Position numbers and translations under genes: made by a program. Under the pieces are notes generated by a model that did not search any database, was not told the DNA's origin, and was given only the letters and a program-made list of their open reading frames with translations. A DNA stretch of 64,000 bases, taken from the IMG/VR virus record IMGVR_UViG_3300032397_000002, positions 104,623 to 168,622 of that record, one strand, 5' to 3'. Below, piece after piece: positions 17,545-24,399 of the stretch. The stretch comes from a virus. Positions within the stretch are counted from its first letter, which is position 1. Every line of letters begins with the position of its first letter.

Positions 17545-18021
17545 TCAGCTGTCGAAATCGAACACAATTCGCAAGTTGTCGGGATTCCCGGGCATTGCGA
17601 GGTCGACCAACTCCTTCAGGATGTCGGCCCAGCCCTCACCCAGGAACTCCAGGAGGGTGACCGGCGGGCCAGGCTCGAAGCCAGGAGCCCCAGTGTACGG
17701 TGGGCGGACATCGACGAAGGTCTGGTTGTAGTCGACCGCCAACAGCTCTGTCAGGGTCAGGTAGGAAGCGCTGTGGACGCCCCAGTCGGTGCCATCCTTG
17801 TACTCCTTGATGCGGTGCTGGGTGGCAGGGGAGCCGTCCTGGGGATAGCCACGAGGCTCTGGGAGCACCTTGGGCACGTCAGAGTAGTTCCGCACGGCCC
17901 CGCCTGTCAGGAAGGCGAAGCGGCCGTAGGTGCGGTCTTCGAGGTAGTCTGGAGCCGGCATGTCGACCCAGGTGCCGTCAGTCATGCGAATTTCCACGTA
18001 CGGATGAATGTCACAGCCCAT
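17545..18021 (-). CDS. Conserved phage hypothetical protein (MGCDIH family)
   Basis: MGCDIHPYVE...RTYGRFAFL...VRN...PRGYP...HSASYLT...RIVFDFDS. Confidence 0.75.
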   Translation of the reverse strand: MGCDIHPYVEIRMTDGTWVDMPAPDYLEDRTYGRFAFLTGGAVRNYSDVPKVLPEPRGYPQDGSPATQHRIKEYKDGTDWGVHSASYLTLTELLAVDYNQTFVDVRPPYTGAPGFEPGPPVTLLEFLGEGWADILKELVDLAMPGNPDNLRIVFDFDS

Positions 18022-18205
18022 CTTCGACCTCCACTTCAAGGACTTCGTAGCGGCTCGTCTTGCTCTTGCTCAGCCGATTCATCTTGGAGGCCAGGCCATA
18101 GGCCCTTTCCTTGGAGAAGAAGGCTGCCTCGGGGGCGCTGTAGCCCTCGTAGTCAGCCTCGAAGGCCACCAGGTAGACGGTTCGTTTCTCGGGCTTGTCG
18201 GTCAC
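18011..18205 (-). CDS. Small hypothetical protein (VY+V family)
   Basis: GTGA-coupled to 18202. Confidence 0.55.
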   Translation of the reverse strand: MTDKPEKRTVYLVAFEADYEGYSAPEAAFFSKERAYGLASKMNRLSKSKTSRYEVLEVEVEDGL

Positions 18206-18666
18206 GGGGTCTTCCTCAGCACGTACAGCGTCTTGCGACGGCGCTCAGTGTTGCAGTGGTCGCAGCCGGTGGCGTGCTCGCGGAGGTGGGCGGGGATGGT
18301 CTCACCGGGGGCGTTGCGAACCATGACGGCCTTCTCACCGTCCACGTCCACCACGTCCAGGGCTGCAGCGAAGGTCCAGCCGGCCAGCTTGGGGCGGGGG
18401 CCCGAGACGGTCACAGTGTGGAAGCGGTCGAACACGCCCAGGCCGATCTCCTTGCCGTTGATGTCCAGGCGGGTCTCGCCGTACGGGGTCTTGGACTTGC
18501 GCTCCACGTCCTCGGTGGCGATGACCTTCATCTCGATGGGCTGGCCCACCAGCTTCACGGCCTTCTTGGAGAGCTTGGCAAGCCTCTCGCGGAGGGCTTC
18601 CAGGTTGCCGTCCGGGATGCGGAAGGTCTGGATGACTTCGGTCTCGGTGGTGGTTTCGTTGGACAT
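18202..18666 (-). CDS. N-terminal half of a split phage protein (ends CDHCNTERRRKTLYVLRKTP)
   Basis: PKLAGWTFAA and CxHC...RRRK..Y motifs. Confidence 0.75.
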   Translation of the reverse strand: MSNETTTETEVIQTFRIPDGNLEALRERLAKLSKKAVKLVGQPIEMKVIATEDVERKSKTPYGETRLDINGKEIGLGVFDRFHTVTVSGPRPKLAGWTFAAALDVVDVDGEKAVMVRNAPGETIPAHLREHATGCDHCNTERRRKTLYVLRKTP

Positions 18667-18672
18667 GGCAGT

Positions 18673-18701
18673 GTTCTACAGGAACGCTTTCTGGCTGTCA
18701 A
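18673..18701 (-). promoter_or_regulatory. Sigma70-type promoter
   Basis: TTGACA-17 nt-TAGAAC, 6 nt to ATG 18666; the TAG is the HNH gene stop codon. Confidence 0.85.
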
Positions 18702-19860
18702 GGGCCCCAAAGAGCTTGCTGCAGTGCTCGTAGATTTTCCTCACGTGGGCAAGGTACTCGCCACCAGCTTGCTTACCTTTTGCATAGTTACATGTAGTAC
18801 AACAAGGAACGCAGTTCCCAGGCACGTATCCCTTGCTGTTGTCCCAGCGGTCAATCCCATTGACTAAAATCTCCGACGGCGTACCCCCACCCAAAACTCT
18901 GGAGAACCGCTCGCCGCAGAAAGCACATGCCCCTCTGAACAATTCAATCGCCTTCTCTTCAGAGAGAGACCAGCAGTAGCCACGGGATTCAGCGCCTTGG
19001 CGGTACCCTCTTATCAATCGAATAAACCGGCCCTTCACCGTTACCTTCAGCATTTGCTGGTGTTGCCAACTGCCGCGTAGACATCCGCAACTACGAGCGC
19101 CAGCCTTCTTTTTGCGAAGGTGCCCCGCCGAGACTAAGTAGTTCTTTGTCCCGCAAGAGCAGTCAGCCCGCCACCACCTGCCATCACCACCATAACCCTT
19201 TTCGGCTCTGGACACTACAGTCAACATTCCGAAAATCTGTCCGATTTGGATTTTGTCGGGTTGACTGAGTCCTCGTTCCCGGGCCAACTCCACCGAGAGG
19301 CATCCACAGCTCCTTGTCTTGCCGCCGAGAAGGGTCGAGGCCCGCCGTAACAGATTGTGCCGGCCACAAGAGCAGTCGACTCGCCATCTGGTGCCGCCTT
19401 GTTTGTCAATCCTGCTGGATTCACCAACAACGGTTAATCGACCAAAGGTCTGGCCGATTGTAATCCCGGCACGGTTGATCCTCTTTAGCCCTAGTTGACG
19501 GCACATTTCATCGTTGAGGCAGCCACAGCTCCTGGTACTGCCAGCATGCAGGCCCTTCTGTTCTCTCAGTAGCCCTTTCTTACCGCAAGAGCAGTCGACG
19601 ACCCATACCCGACCACCACGTCGTCTTTCCTCAGCCTCAGCTACAACCGTCAATCTTCCGAAGGTCTGGCCGACGTAAACTTTCAGACACGCACAGCCCG
19701 TGGATTTTCCACTCATCAACTTGCTGGCGGTGACAACGCGCTCTGTCCCGCATTGACATTTGACACCCCAGGCGACCGCGCCCAGGTGGCGGCTTTCTGG
19801 TCCAACGACCGTCCACTTTCCGAAAACCTGACCAACCTGAAGTTGTGGAGATCTAGCCAT
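18676..19860 (-). CDS. HNH-type homing endonuclease with four tandem Cys-rich repeats
   Basis: Four GQxFGxLTVV...CxCG...SCGC repeats; C-terminal CAFCG...NGIDRWDNSKGYVPGNCVPCCTTCN; atypical codon usage. Confidence 0.8.
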   Translation of the reverse strand: MARSPQLQVGQVFGKWTVVGPESRHLGAVAWGVKCQCGTERVVTASKLMSGKSTGCACLKVYVGQTFGRLTVVAEAEERRRGGRVWVVDCSCGKKGLLREQKGLHAGSTRSCGCLNDEMCRQLGLKRINRAGITIGQTFGRLTVVGESSRIDKQGGTRWRVDCSCGRHNLLRRASTLLGGKTRSCGCLSVELARERGLSQPDKIQIGQIFGMLTVVSRAEKGYGGDGRWWRADCSCGTKNYLVSAGHLRKKKAGARSCGCLRGSWQHQQMLKVTVKGRFIRLIRGYRQGAESRGYCWSLSEEKAIELFRGACAFCGERFSRVLGGGTPSEILVNGIDRWDNSKGYVPGNCVPCCTTCNYAKGKQAGGEYLAHVRKIYEHCSKLFGALDSQKAFL

Positions 19861-20101
19861 GGCTGCATTTTCGGTACATCGAGTTGAAGAGGGCCAGTCG
19901 GGCAGCAGCCAGTGGCAGGTAGGCGCCGCCAGTTTCGGGCCACCGAGCGATGAGGCCCTCTACCTCCGTCTCCAGCTCTGCGCGAACCCGCTGAATGGCC
20001 ATATCCTTGATCTCATTGAGACCGTAGTGCCCACGAAGATCGGGCTTCAGCTGGTCATACATAGCCATGACGCGAGTCGTCAGGTCGTCTCTGGTGGTCA
20101 T
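19853..20101 (-). CDS. Hypothetical protein
   Basis: Coupled ORF. Confidence 0.5.
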   Translation of the reverse strand: MTTRDDLTTRVMAMYDQLKPDLRGHYGLNEIKDMAIQRVRAELETEVEGLIARWPETGGAYLPLAAARLALFNSMYRKCSHG

Positions 20102-20874
20102 GGCATCCTCACGAACTTGTCAACGAACTCGCGGTCAGCCGTGAACACCGGCGTCTCCTCGGGGATGTACCACTCGCTGCGCAGCACGGTGCCAATCTCC
20201 CTGGTGCCGGCCGGCTGGAACTTGACAAACTCGTTGAAGAACTCCTTCTCGACCTGGCGCTTCACCACCACGCGACCGTCCTTCAGGTGGGAGTGGAGGT
20301 CTGCCCAGTTGTGGCCCTTCTGGAAGCACAGCTCGTGTTGCTCAGCTCGACCCTTGCCCTGCAGCTCCTTGTGGCTGTAGAGGCTCTGAGAGAGCATGGA
20401 GAGGCTGTTCCGGTTCCAGTCCTGCTGTCTCCACACAAAGTAGTTGGTTACCTCACCTGGTGGGAGAATGAAGGCACGTGCGTCGAAGGTGGCCACACGG
20501 ACCTCGGGGAAGAGACGGTCGCTTTGAGCCGTCAACATCGCCGAGGCCATGCCTGCGGCCACACTAACCATCTTCTGCAGGTTGTTGTCGAACCAGGAGC
20601 TGGTCTTGATGTCCTGGTAGTCCACCAGGAGCAGGCTGATTTCATCGCTCTGGGTGTAGGCCATGACACAATTCTGCACGTTGTGACAGAGGTACTTCGT
20701 CACCGTGTCCATGACGTCCATCAGGTCTTCACTGAAGGGGCGCTTGAGACCCTTCGTGTAGGTGTGGAACGCCTTCCCGTCCAGGCGGATGATGACTGGG
20801 AGCTTCGTGGTCAGGTGAGCCCGCGAGACATCCTCGTAGGCCTTCATGCGGTCGCCCAAGCTGTCGTGACTCAT
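20098..20874 (-). CDS. thg1: Thg1-like tRNA(His) guanylyltransferase / 3'-5' polymerase
   Basis: LGDRMKAYE, IRLDGKAFHTYT, YTQSDEISL, FDARAF, NYFVWRQQD. Confidence 0.95.
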   Translation of the reverse strand: MSHDSLGDRMKAYEDVSRAHLTTKLPVIIRLDGKAFHTYTKGLKRPFSEDLMDVMDTVTKYLCHNVQNCVMAYTQSDEISLLLVDYQDIKTSSWFDNNLQKMVSVAAGMASAMLTAQSDRLFPEVRVATFDARAFILPPGEVTNYFVWRQQDWNRNSLSMLSQSLYSHKELQGKGRAEQHELCFQKGHNWADLHSHLKDGRVVVKRQVEKEFFNEFVKFQPAGTREIGTVLRSEWYIPEETPVFTADREFVDKFVRMP

Positions 20875-21053
20875 TCTTCCTCCTCAGTGCCGTCCTCGTC
20901 TTCTTCCTCTTCGTCCTCGCCTGCAATCTCTTTCTCGTACTGCTTGAGGCAGTCATCGCCGCAGAAACCGTCGTCATAGCTCCCATACGAGTAGTCATGG
21001 AAGCATTGCTGACAGATGCCCACCTGCTTTGGAATCTTGTTTGGCTTGCTCAT
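20871..21053 (-). CDS. Small Cys/acidic protein
   Basis: CQQC...FCGDDC; poly-Glu tail. Confidence 0.55.
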   Translation of the reverse strand: MSKPNKIPKQVGICQQCFHDYSYGSYDDGFCGDDCLKQYEKEIAGEDEEEEDEDGTEEEE

Positions 21054-21232
21054 GGCTTTTTCGTGTAGCTCCAGATGACCTTGCCATCGGGCCCCTTCAC
21101 TTCCAGGGTGCCGACTGGCTGCCCCTGGGTCATGAGATGGGCGAGGTCGGTGGCCTCTTCGTAGGAGGTGAAGTGCAGGCTCTTGCCCAGGACCATGCCC
21201 ATGGTGGCCGTCACTGTGTACTTACCGTCCAC
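21050..21232 (-). CDS. Hypothetical protein
   Basis: GTG 21232 with AAGGA upstream. Confidence 0.45.
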   Translation of the reverse strand: MDGKYTVTATMGMVLGKSLHFTSYEEATDLAHLMTQGQPVGTLEVKGPDGKVIWSYTKKP

Positions 21233-21419
21233 TGTTGGCCGTCCTTTTCTGGTCCACCAGAGCCAGGCCCTCGGTGATGGCACGGAGCACGAGCTTCAGC
21301 ACCAGCCTCCCATCGATTTCCGTCCTGACGGCCTTCTTGCCAAGCTGGCGGTCGACAAGGAAAACCTTGCCCGTCAACTCCAATGTTGTATCGGTCCTCT
21401 GCTTCTTTTTAGTCGCCAC
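21222..21419 (-). CDS. Hypothetical protein
   Basis: GAGGAG RBS before GTG 21419. Confidence 0.5.
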   Translation of the reverse strand: MATKKKQRTDTTLELTGKVFLVDRQLGKKAVRTEIDGRLVLKLVLRAITEGLALVDQKRTANSGR

Positions 21420-21675
21420 TGTCAACTCCTCTTCGAATGTGAACCTGCCGTCCCTTGATGCTGACGTCGAACTCCTGACCGTACCACGCCTTCCTTTCAA
21501 CGTCAATGAAGGCCAAAATCTCCTCGGGGGTGGTGTCGTCATCGAAGTCCACCACCCGATTGCTCACATAGTAGCATCGCCCACCCGCTCCAGCAAGGTA
21601 GCCGGTATCCTTGGTGATTTTCACTTGTCCTCCGGGCCATACATGGTGGTGTTGTAGGTTCTCAGTGCTGGCCAA
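21409..21675 (-). CDS. Hypothetical protein
   Basis: GGAGA RBS before TTG. Confidence 0.5.
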   Translation of the reverse strand: MASTENLQHHHVWPGGQVKITKDTGYLAGAGGRCYYVSNRVVDFDDDTTPEEILAFIDVERKAWYGQEFDVSIKGRQVHIRRGVDSGD

Positions 21676-21821
21676 GTGGTGTCTCCGGTGCGCTTGGCCA
21701 GGACCAGGGCGAATTCCTCCAGCTGGTCGACAACCTTTTCCCAGTCATCATCATCGGCCCTGCGTTTGATGATGTCAAGTGCTCGGCCTGCGCGGATTTT
21801 CAAGGCGTCCTTGCGATTCAT
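21621..21821 (-). CDS. Hypothetical protein
   Basis: ATGA-coupled. Confidence 0.45.
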   Translation of the reverse strand: MNRKDALKIRAGRALDIIKRRADDDDWEKVVDQLEEFALVLAKRTGDTTWPALRTYNTTMYGPEDK

Positions 21822-22135
21822 GCTTCCATCCTGTCCATGACAGCTTCAGCGAGGGTGTCGTAGCCCATGTGGTCGTTGCGGTCATCCCGGCGCTCCAAGA
21901 GGAAGTCCTCGTAGGAGGCCACCTCGGCCATCGCGTGACGGTACCAGTGGTGGGCGGCGGTCACGTAGCCCCTGGGGGTGGCATCAAGGCTTCTGACCTT
22001 GAGTTCTTCCGCCACATCGCGGTCGAAGTCGCCGGTGGTGTAGTAGCCGATGGCCCGGACGGTGAGGTCGCGGAGTCGGCGGTATTCGTTGCGGAGCATC
22101 GGGGTATCCATCTCTTCGAGTCGGAGGTTGTTCAT
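21818..22135 (-). CDS. Hypothetical protein
   Basis: Own promoter. Confidence 0.6.
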   Translation of the reverse strand: MNNLRLEEMDTPMLRNEYRRLRDLTVRAIGYYTTGDFDRDVAEELKVRSLDATPRGYVTAAHHWYRHAMAEVASYEDFLLERRDDRNDHMGYDTLAEAVMDRMEA

Positions 22136-22341
22136 GGGTCCTTTCTATCAGCCGTACCGTTGGCTGTCAAGAGCTGTTTGTGAATGTGGCGCTTCAAAGC
22201 ATCGAGTTTGGTGTTTTCTTTGCCGATGCAGAGGAGCATGTCGGCCAGGAGATTGTTGAGGCGCCTGAGGACCTCCCACTCACCTTGGCCAGCGTAAACC
22301 TGGAGAAGCTCTGAGATGTAAGCATCTTCGATGGTCTTCAT
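22132..22341 (-). CDS. Hypothetical protein
   Basis: ATGA-coupled at 22341. Confidence 0.5.
   Translation of the reverse strand: MKTIEDAYISELLQVYAGQGEWEVLRRLNNLLADMLLCIGKENTKLDALKRHIHKQLLTANGTADRKDP
22142..22170 (-). promoter_or_regulatory. Sigma70-type promoter
   Basis: TTGACA-17 nt-TAGAAA, 6 nt to ATG 22135. Confidence 0.75.
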
Positions 22342-23105
22342 CGGCACGCCTTGCAGTAACTCTGGGCACGCATCTTCACTGGCACGCCGTTTGCATCCCT
22401 CTTCATGACACGCACCCCGAAGTTCTGCTTGGGGATGTGAGCCTTGCAGCACGGGCAGGTGAGCTTCTCGGGCAAGGCCTCGAAGAACTTCGCCACCACG
22501 TCGCCATCGTTGCGAGGTGCAGCAACCGGGTCCAGGCCGTTGCGGAGGACCTCCTGGAAGGCGAGGTCGGTGCGAGCCAGCTCACCCTCGGGGGTCTCGG
22601 CAAAGTAGCGCTGGAGGGCAGGCAGGGCCTTCACGGCGGCGATGCCCTTCTCGACGAAGGCTCGGTGCTCGGGCCCGTGCCACTTCTCCTTGCGCATCGG
22701 GAAGGGGCGGATACGGAGACGACCGGCGAAGTCGGTGTACTCCTTGGTAAGCTCCCACTTGGCGCGGATTTCAGTGTAGCGCTTCTTGCGGTCCAGGTCG
22801 TGGACGTAGTGGGCCACCTCGTGGACGACAGTCAGGGGGTTGAGCATCGTGGGGTGGTAGACGATTTCCTGGCCTTTCCGCGACGAATCAGCCTGGACCC
22901 TACCAGAGCTGTACCAGGACTTGGTCTTCTTAACCCTTGAGAATCGCTTGGAGTTTTTGTCCAGGAGGGTGACCGGGATGGCCTCCAGACCGAAGTACTT
23001 GCAGAGCCAGGTGGTGAGGTCTGCGCAGGCTTGGAAGCTCAGCTTGATGGACTCGGCGGTCTTGTGGCGGCGGTTCTCATCGGCGTAGTACTTGAGGTAG
23101 GCCAT
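22338..23105 (-). CDS. SprT-like zinc metalloprotease with C-terminal Zn ribbon
   Basis: VVHEVAH...HGPEH; CPCC...QSYCKAC; start reassigned to ATG 23105. Confidence 0.7.
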   Translation of the reverse strand: MAYLKYYADENRRHKTAESIKLSFQACADLTTWLCKYFGLEAIPVTLLDKNSKRFSRVKKTKSWYSSGRVQADSSRKGQEIVYHPTMLNPLTVVHEVAHYVHDLDRKKRYTEIRAKWELTKEYTDFAGRLRIRPFPMRKEKWHGPEHRAFVEKGIAAVKALPALQRYFAETPEGELARTDLAFQEVLRNGLDPVAAPRNDGDVVAKFFEALPEKLTCPCCKAHIPKQNFGVRVMKRDANGVPVKMRAQSYCKACR

Positions 23106-23114
23106 GGTAGAATG

Positions 23115-23144
23115 TTTGTAGCAGAAGGGATCGGAGCCTGTCAA
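23115..23144 (-). promoter_or_regulatory. Sigma70-type promoter, divergent from the late promoter
   Basis: TTGACA-18 nt-TACAAA, 9 nt to ATG 23105. Confidence 0.55.
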
Positions 23145-23148
23145 GCGG

Positions 23149-23156
23149 TAATCTTT
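23149..23156 (+). promoter_or_regulatory. Late-promoter motif YAATCTTY (copies at 45, 24370, 30387, 32933, 39099, 43404, 53715, 56878)
   Basis: Same 8-mer recurs in the intergenic gaps upstream of + strand structural and lysis genes. Confidence 0.7.
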
Positions 23157-23216
23157 ACTTCGGATAGGCCGGGGTAGAGAAATCCCCCAGGTCACCATAA
23201 CCCCAGGAGAAACACA

Positions 23217-23612
23217 GTGGCAAACATTCCAGTGGAATTTAGTATCAATGTCAAGGGCGAAGTCACCGGTGAGGACTTCAAGGGCGTCTTCAAGGCCGTC
23301 CCCCGTCTCAGTCACCGGGACAATCTCCGGCGTGACCAGCTCCGGCGTGACCTGCTGGGTGGGAAGCCTGAGGACGCCAGCCCTGACGCCATGAACGTCA
23401 GCTTGGTCTTCTCGAAGATTTGGGTCCACCTGGTGGAAGCCCCCAGCTGGTGGAAGGACAGCGGGAACGGAGTGAATCTCCTCGATGAGGCCCCAGTTGC
23501 TGCGGTCTACGACAACGTGGCCCGCATCGAGCGTGAGGCTATCGAGGCCGTCCAGAAGAAGTCCCAGGAGGCTTCTGAGGCCGTCAAAGAGGAATTGAAG
23601 GAGAAGCTGTGA
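23217..23612 (+). CDS. Tail assembly chaperone
   Basis: Position before tape measure; LVEAPSWW motif typical of myophage chaperones; AGGAG RBS. Confidence 0.6.
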   Translation: MANIPVEFSINVKGEVTGEDFKGVFKAVPRLSHRDNLRRDQLRRDLLGGKPEDASPDAMNVSLVFSKIWVHLVEAPSWWKDSGNGVNLLDEAPVAAVYDNVARIEREAIEAVQKKSQEASEAVKEELKEKL

Positions 23613-23833
23613 AGAACTTCAAGGTGATAGCAGGTAAGACAGGCGCCACCACGAAGGTCTTCATCGACGGCAAGAAGGTGGGGAACTGCACCCGTCTGGT
23701 CTTTGAGGCCCAGGCTGGCGGCCTGAACAAGGTCGTCATGGAGTTCTTCCCAGTCTCTGTGGAGATTGAGAACGGCGAAGCCGGTGCGACACTGCTCCGC
23801 ACGAAGCCGAGGAAGCCCAAGAAGGTTGTATGA
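23609..23833 (+). CDS. Small hypothetical protein
   Basis: GTGA-coupled; TKVFIDGKKV. Confidence 0.55.
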   Translation: MKNFKVIAGKTGATTKVFIDGKKVGNCTRLVFEAQAGGLNKVVMEFFPVSVEIENGEAGATLLRTKPRKPKKVV

Positions 23834-24369
23834 ACCACTACGACGCCCTCAAGCTCCTGGCTCTCAGGGCTGTCATGAAGCCGGATGGTGAGGCCAGTTA
23901 TCGAAGTATCTGCCGCTGGTACAGCACCACTTTCCATACGCCCCTCCATCTTGTTGATGAAATTCCCGAGGATGAAGTTTTGACGGCCTACTTCGAGTCT
24001 ACCTGCGAGAACATGGAAGACCCCGAAAGACAAGACCTATTGAGCAAGCTCCTAGAAACTGATGAGGATCGGCGACGTAAAGCCCTCGCTAAAGACCTGG
24101 AAGAGGTTGAATCCTTTGAATTTGCTCGTCAGATGGCCCAAGAAGAGAAACAAAAGAGGGCCAAGGCTAAAATTGCCGATGTCAAGGTAGAAAAGAGAGT
24201 CTCTATGCTTTCTGCTGCAGATCGGCGCCCCGCCTCCTTGCCCCAAGATTCAGCCAAACCGGCATTCGAAAAATTAGAGCCAGACGTCAACATCAAGTTC
24301 GTGGGAGCAGAGGATTTTGAGAAGGAACTTGAAGGGTTTGGTAACATGACTCCCAAAGAGGGGAAGTGA
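23830..24369 (+). CDS. Probable second tail assembly chaperone (gpT-like)
   Basis: Immediately upstream of tape measure; RW(Y)...P motif; charged helical. Confidence 0.45.
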   Translation: MNHYDALKLLALRAVMKPDGEASYRSICRWYSTTFHTPLHLVDEIPEDEVLTAYFESTCENMEDPERQDLLSKLLETDEDRRRKALAKDLEEVESFEFARQMAQEEKQKRAKAKIADVKVEKRVSMLSAADRRPASLPQDSAKPAFEKLEPDVNIKFVGAEDFEKELEGFGNMTPKEGK

Positions 24370-24399
24370 CAATCTTTCAGGTACTCCCCGAGGTCTAAG

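Noticed and set aside
17505-18201. Intron, intein or excision element restoring the split gene
   Set aside because: The interval is filled by two ordinary ORFs and a promoter. No group I/II or intein motifs are visible, and the shared ACCCCG at the two ends would join the halves out of frame.
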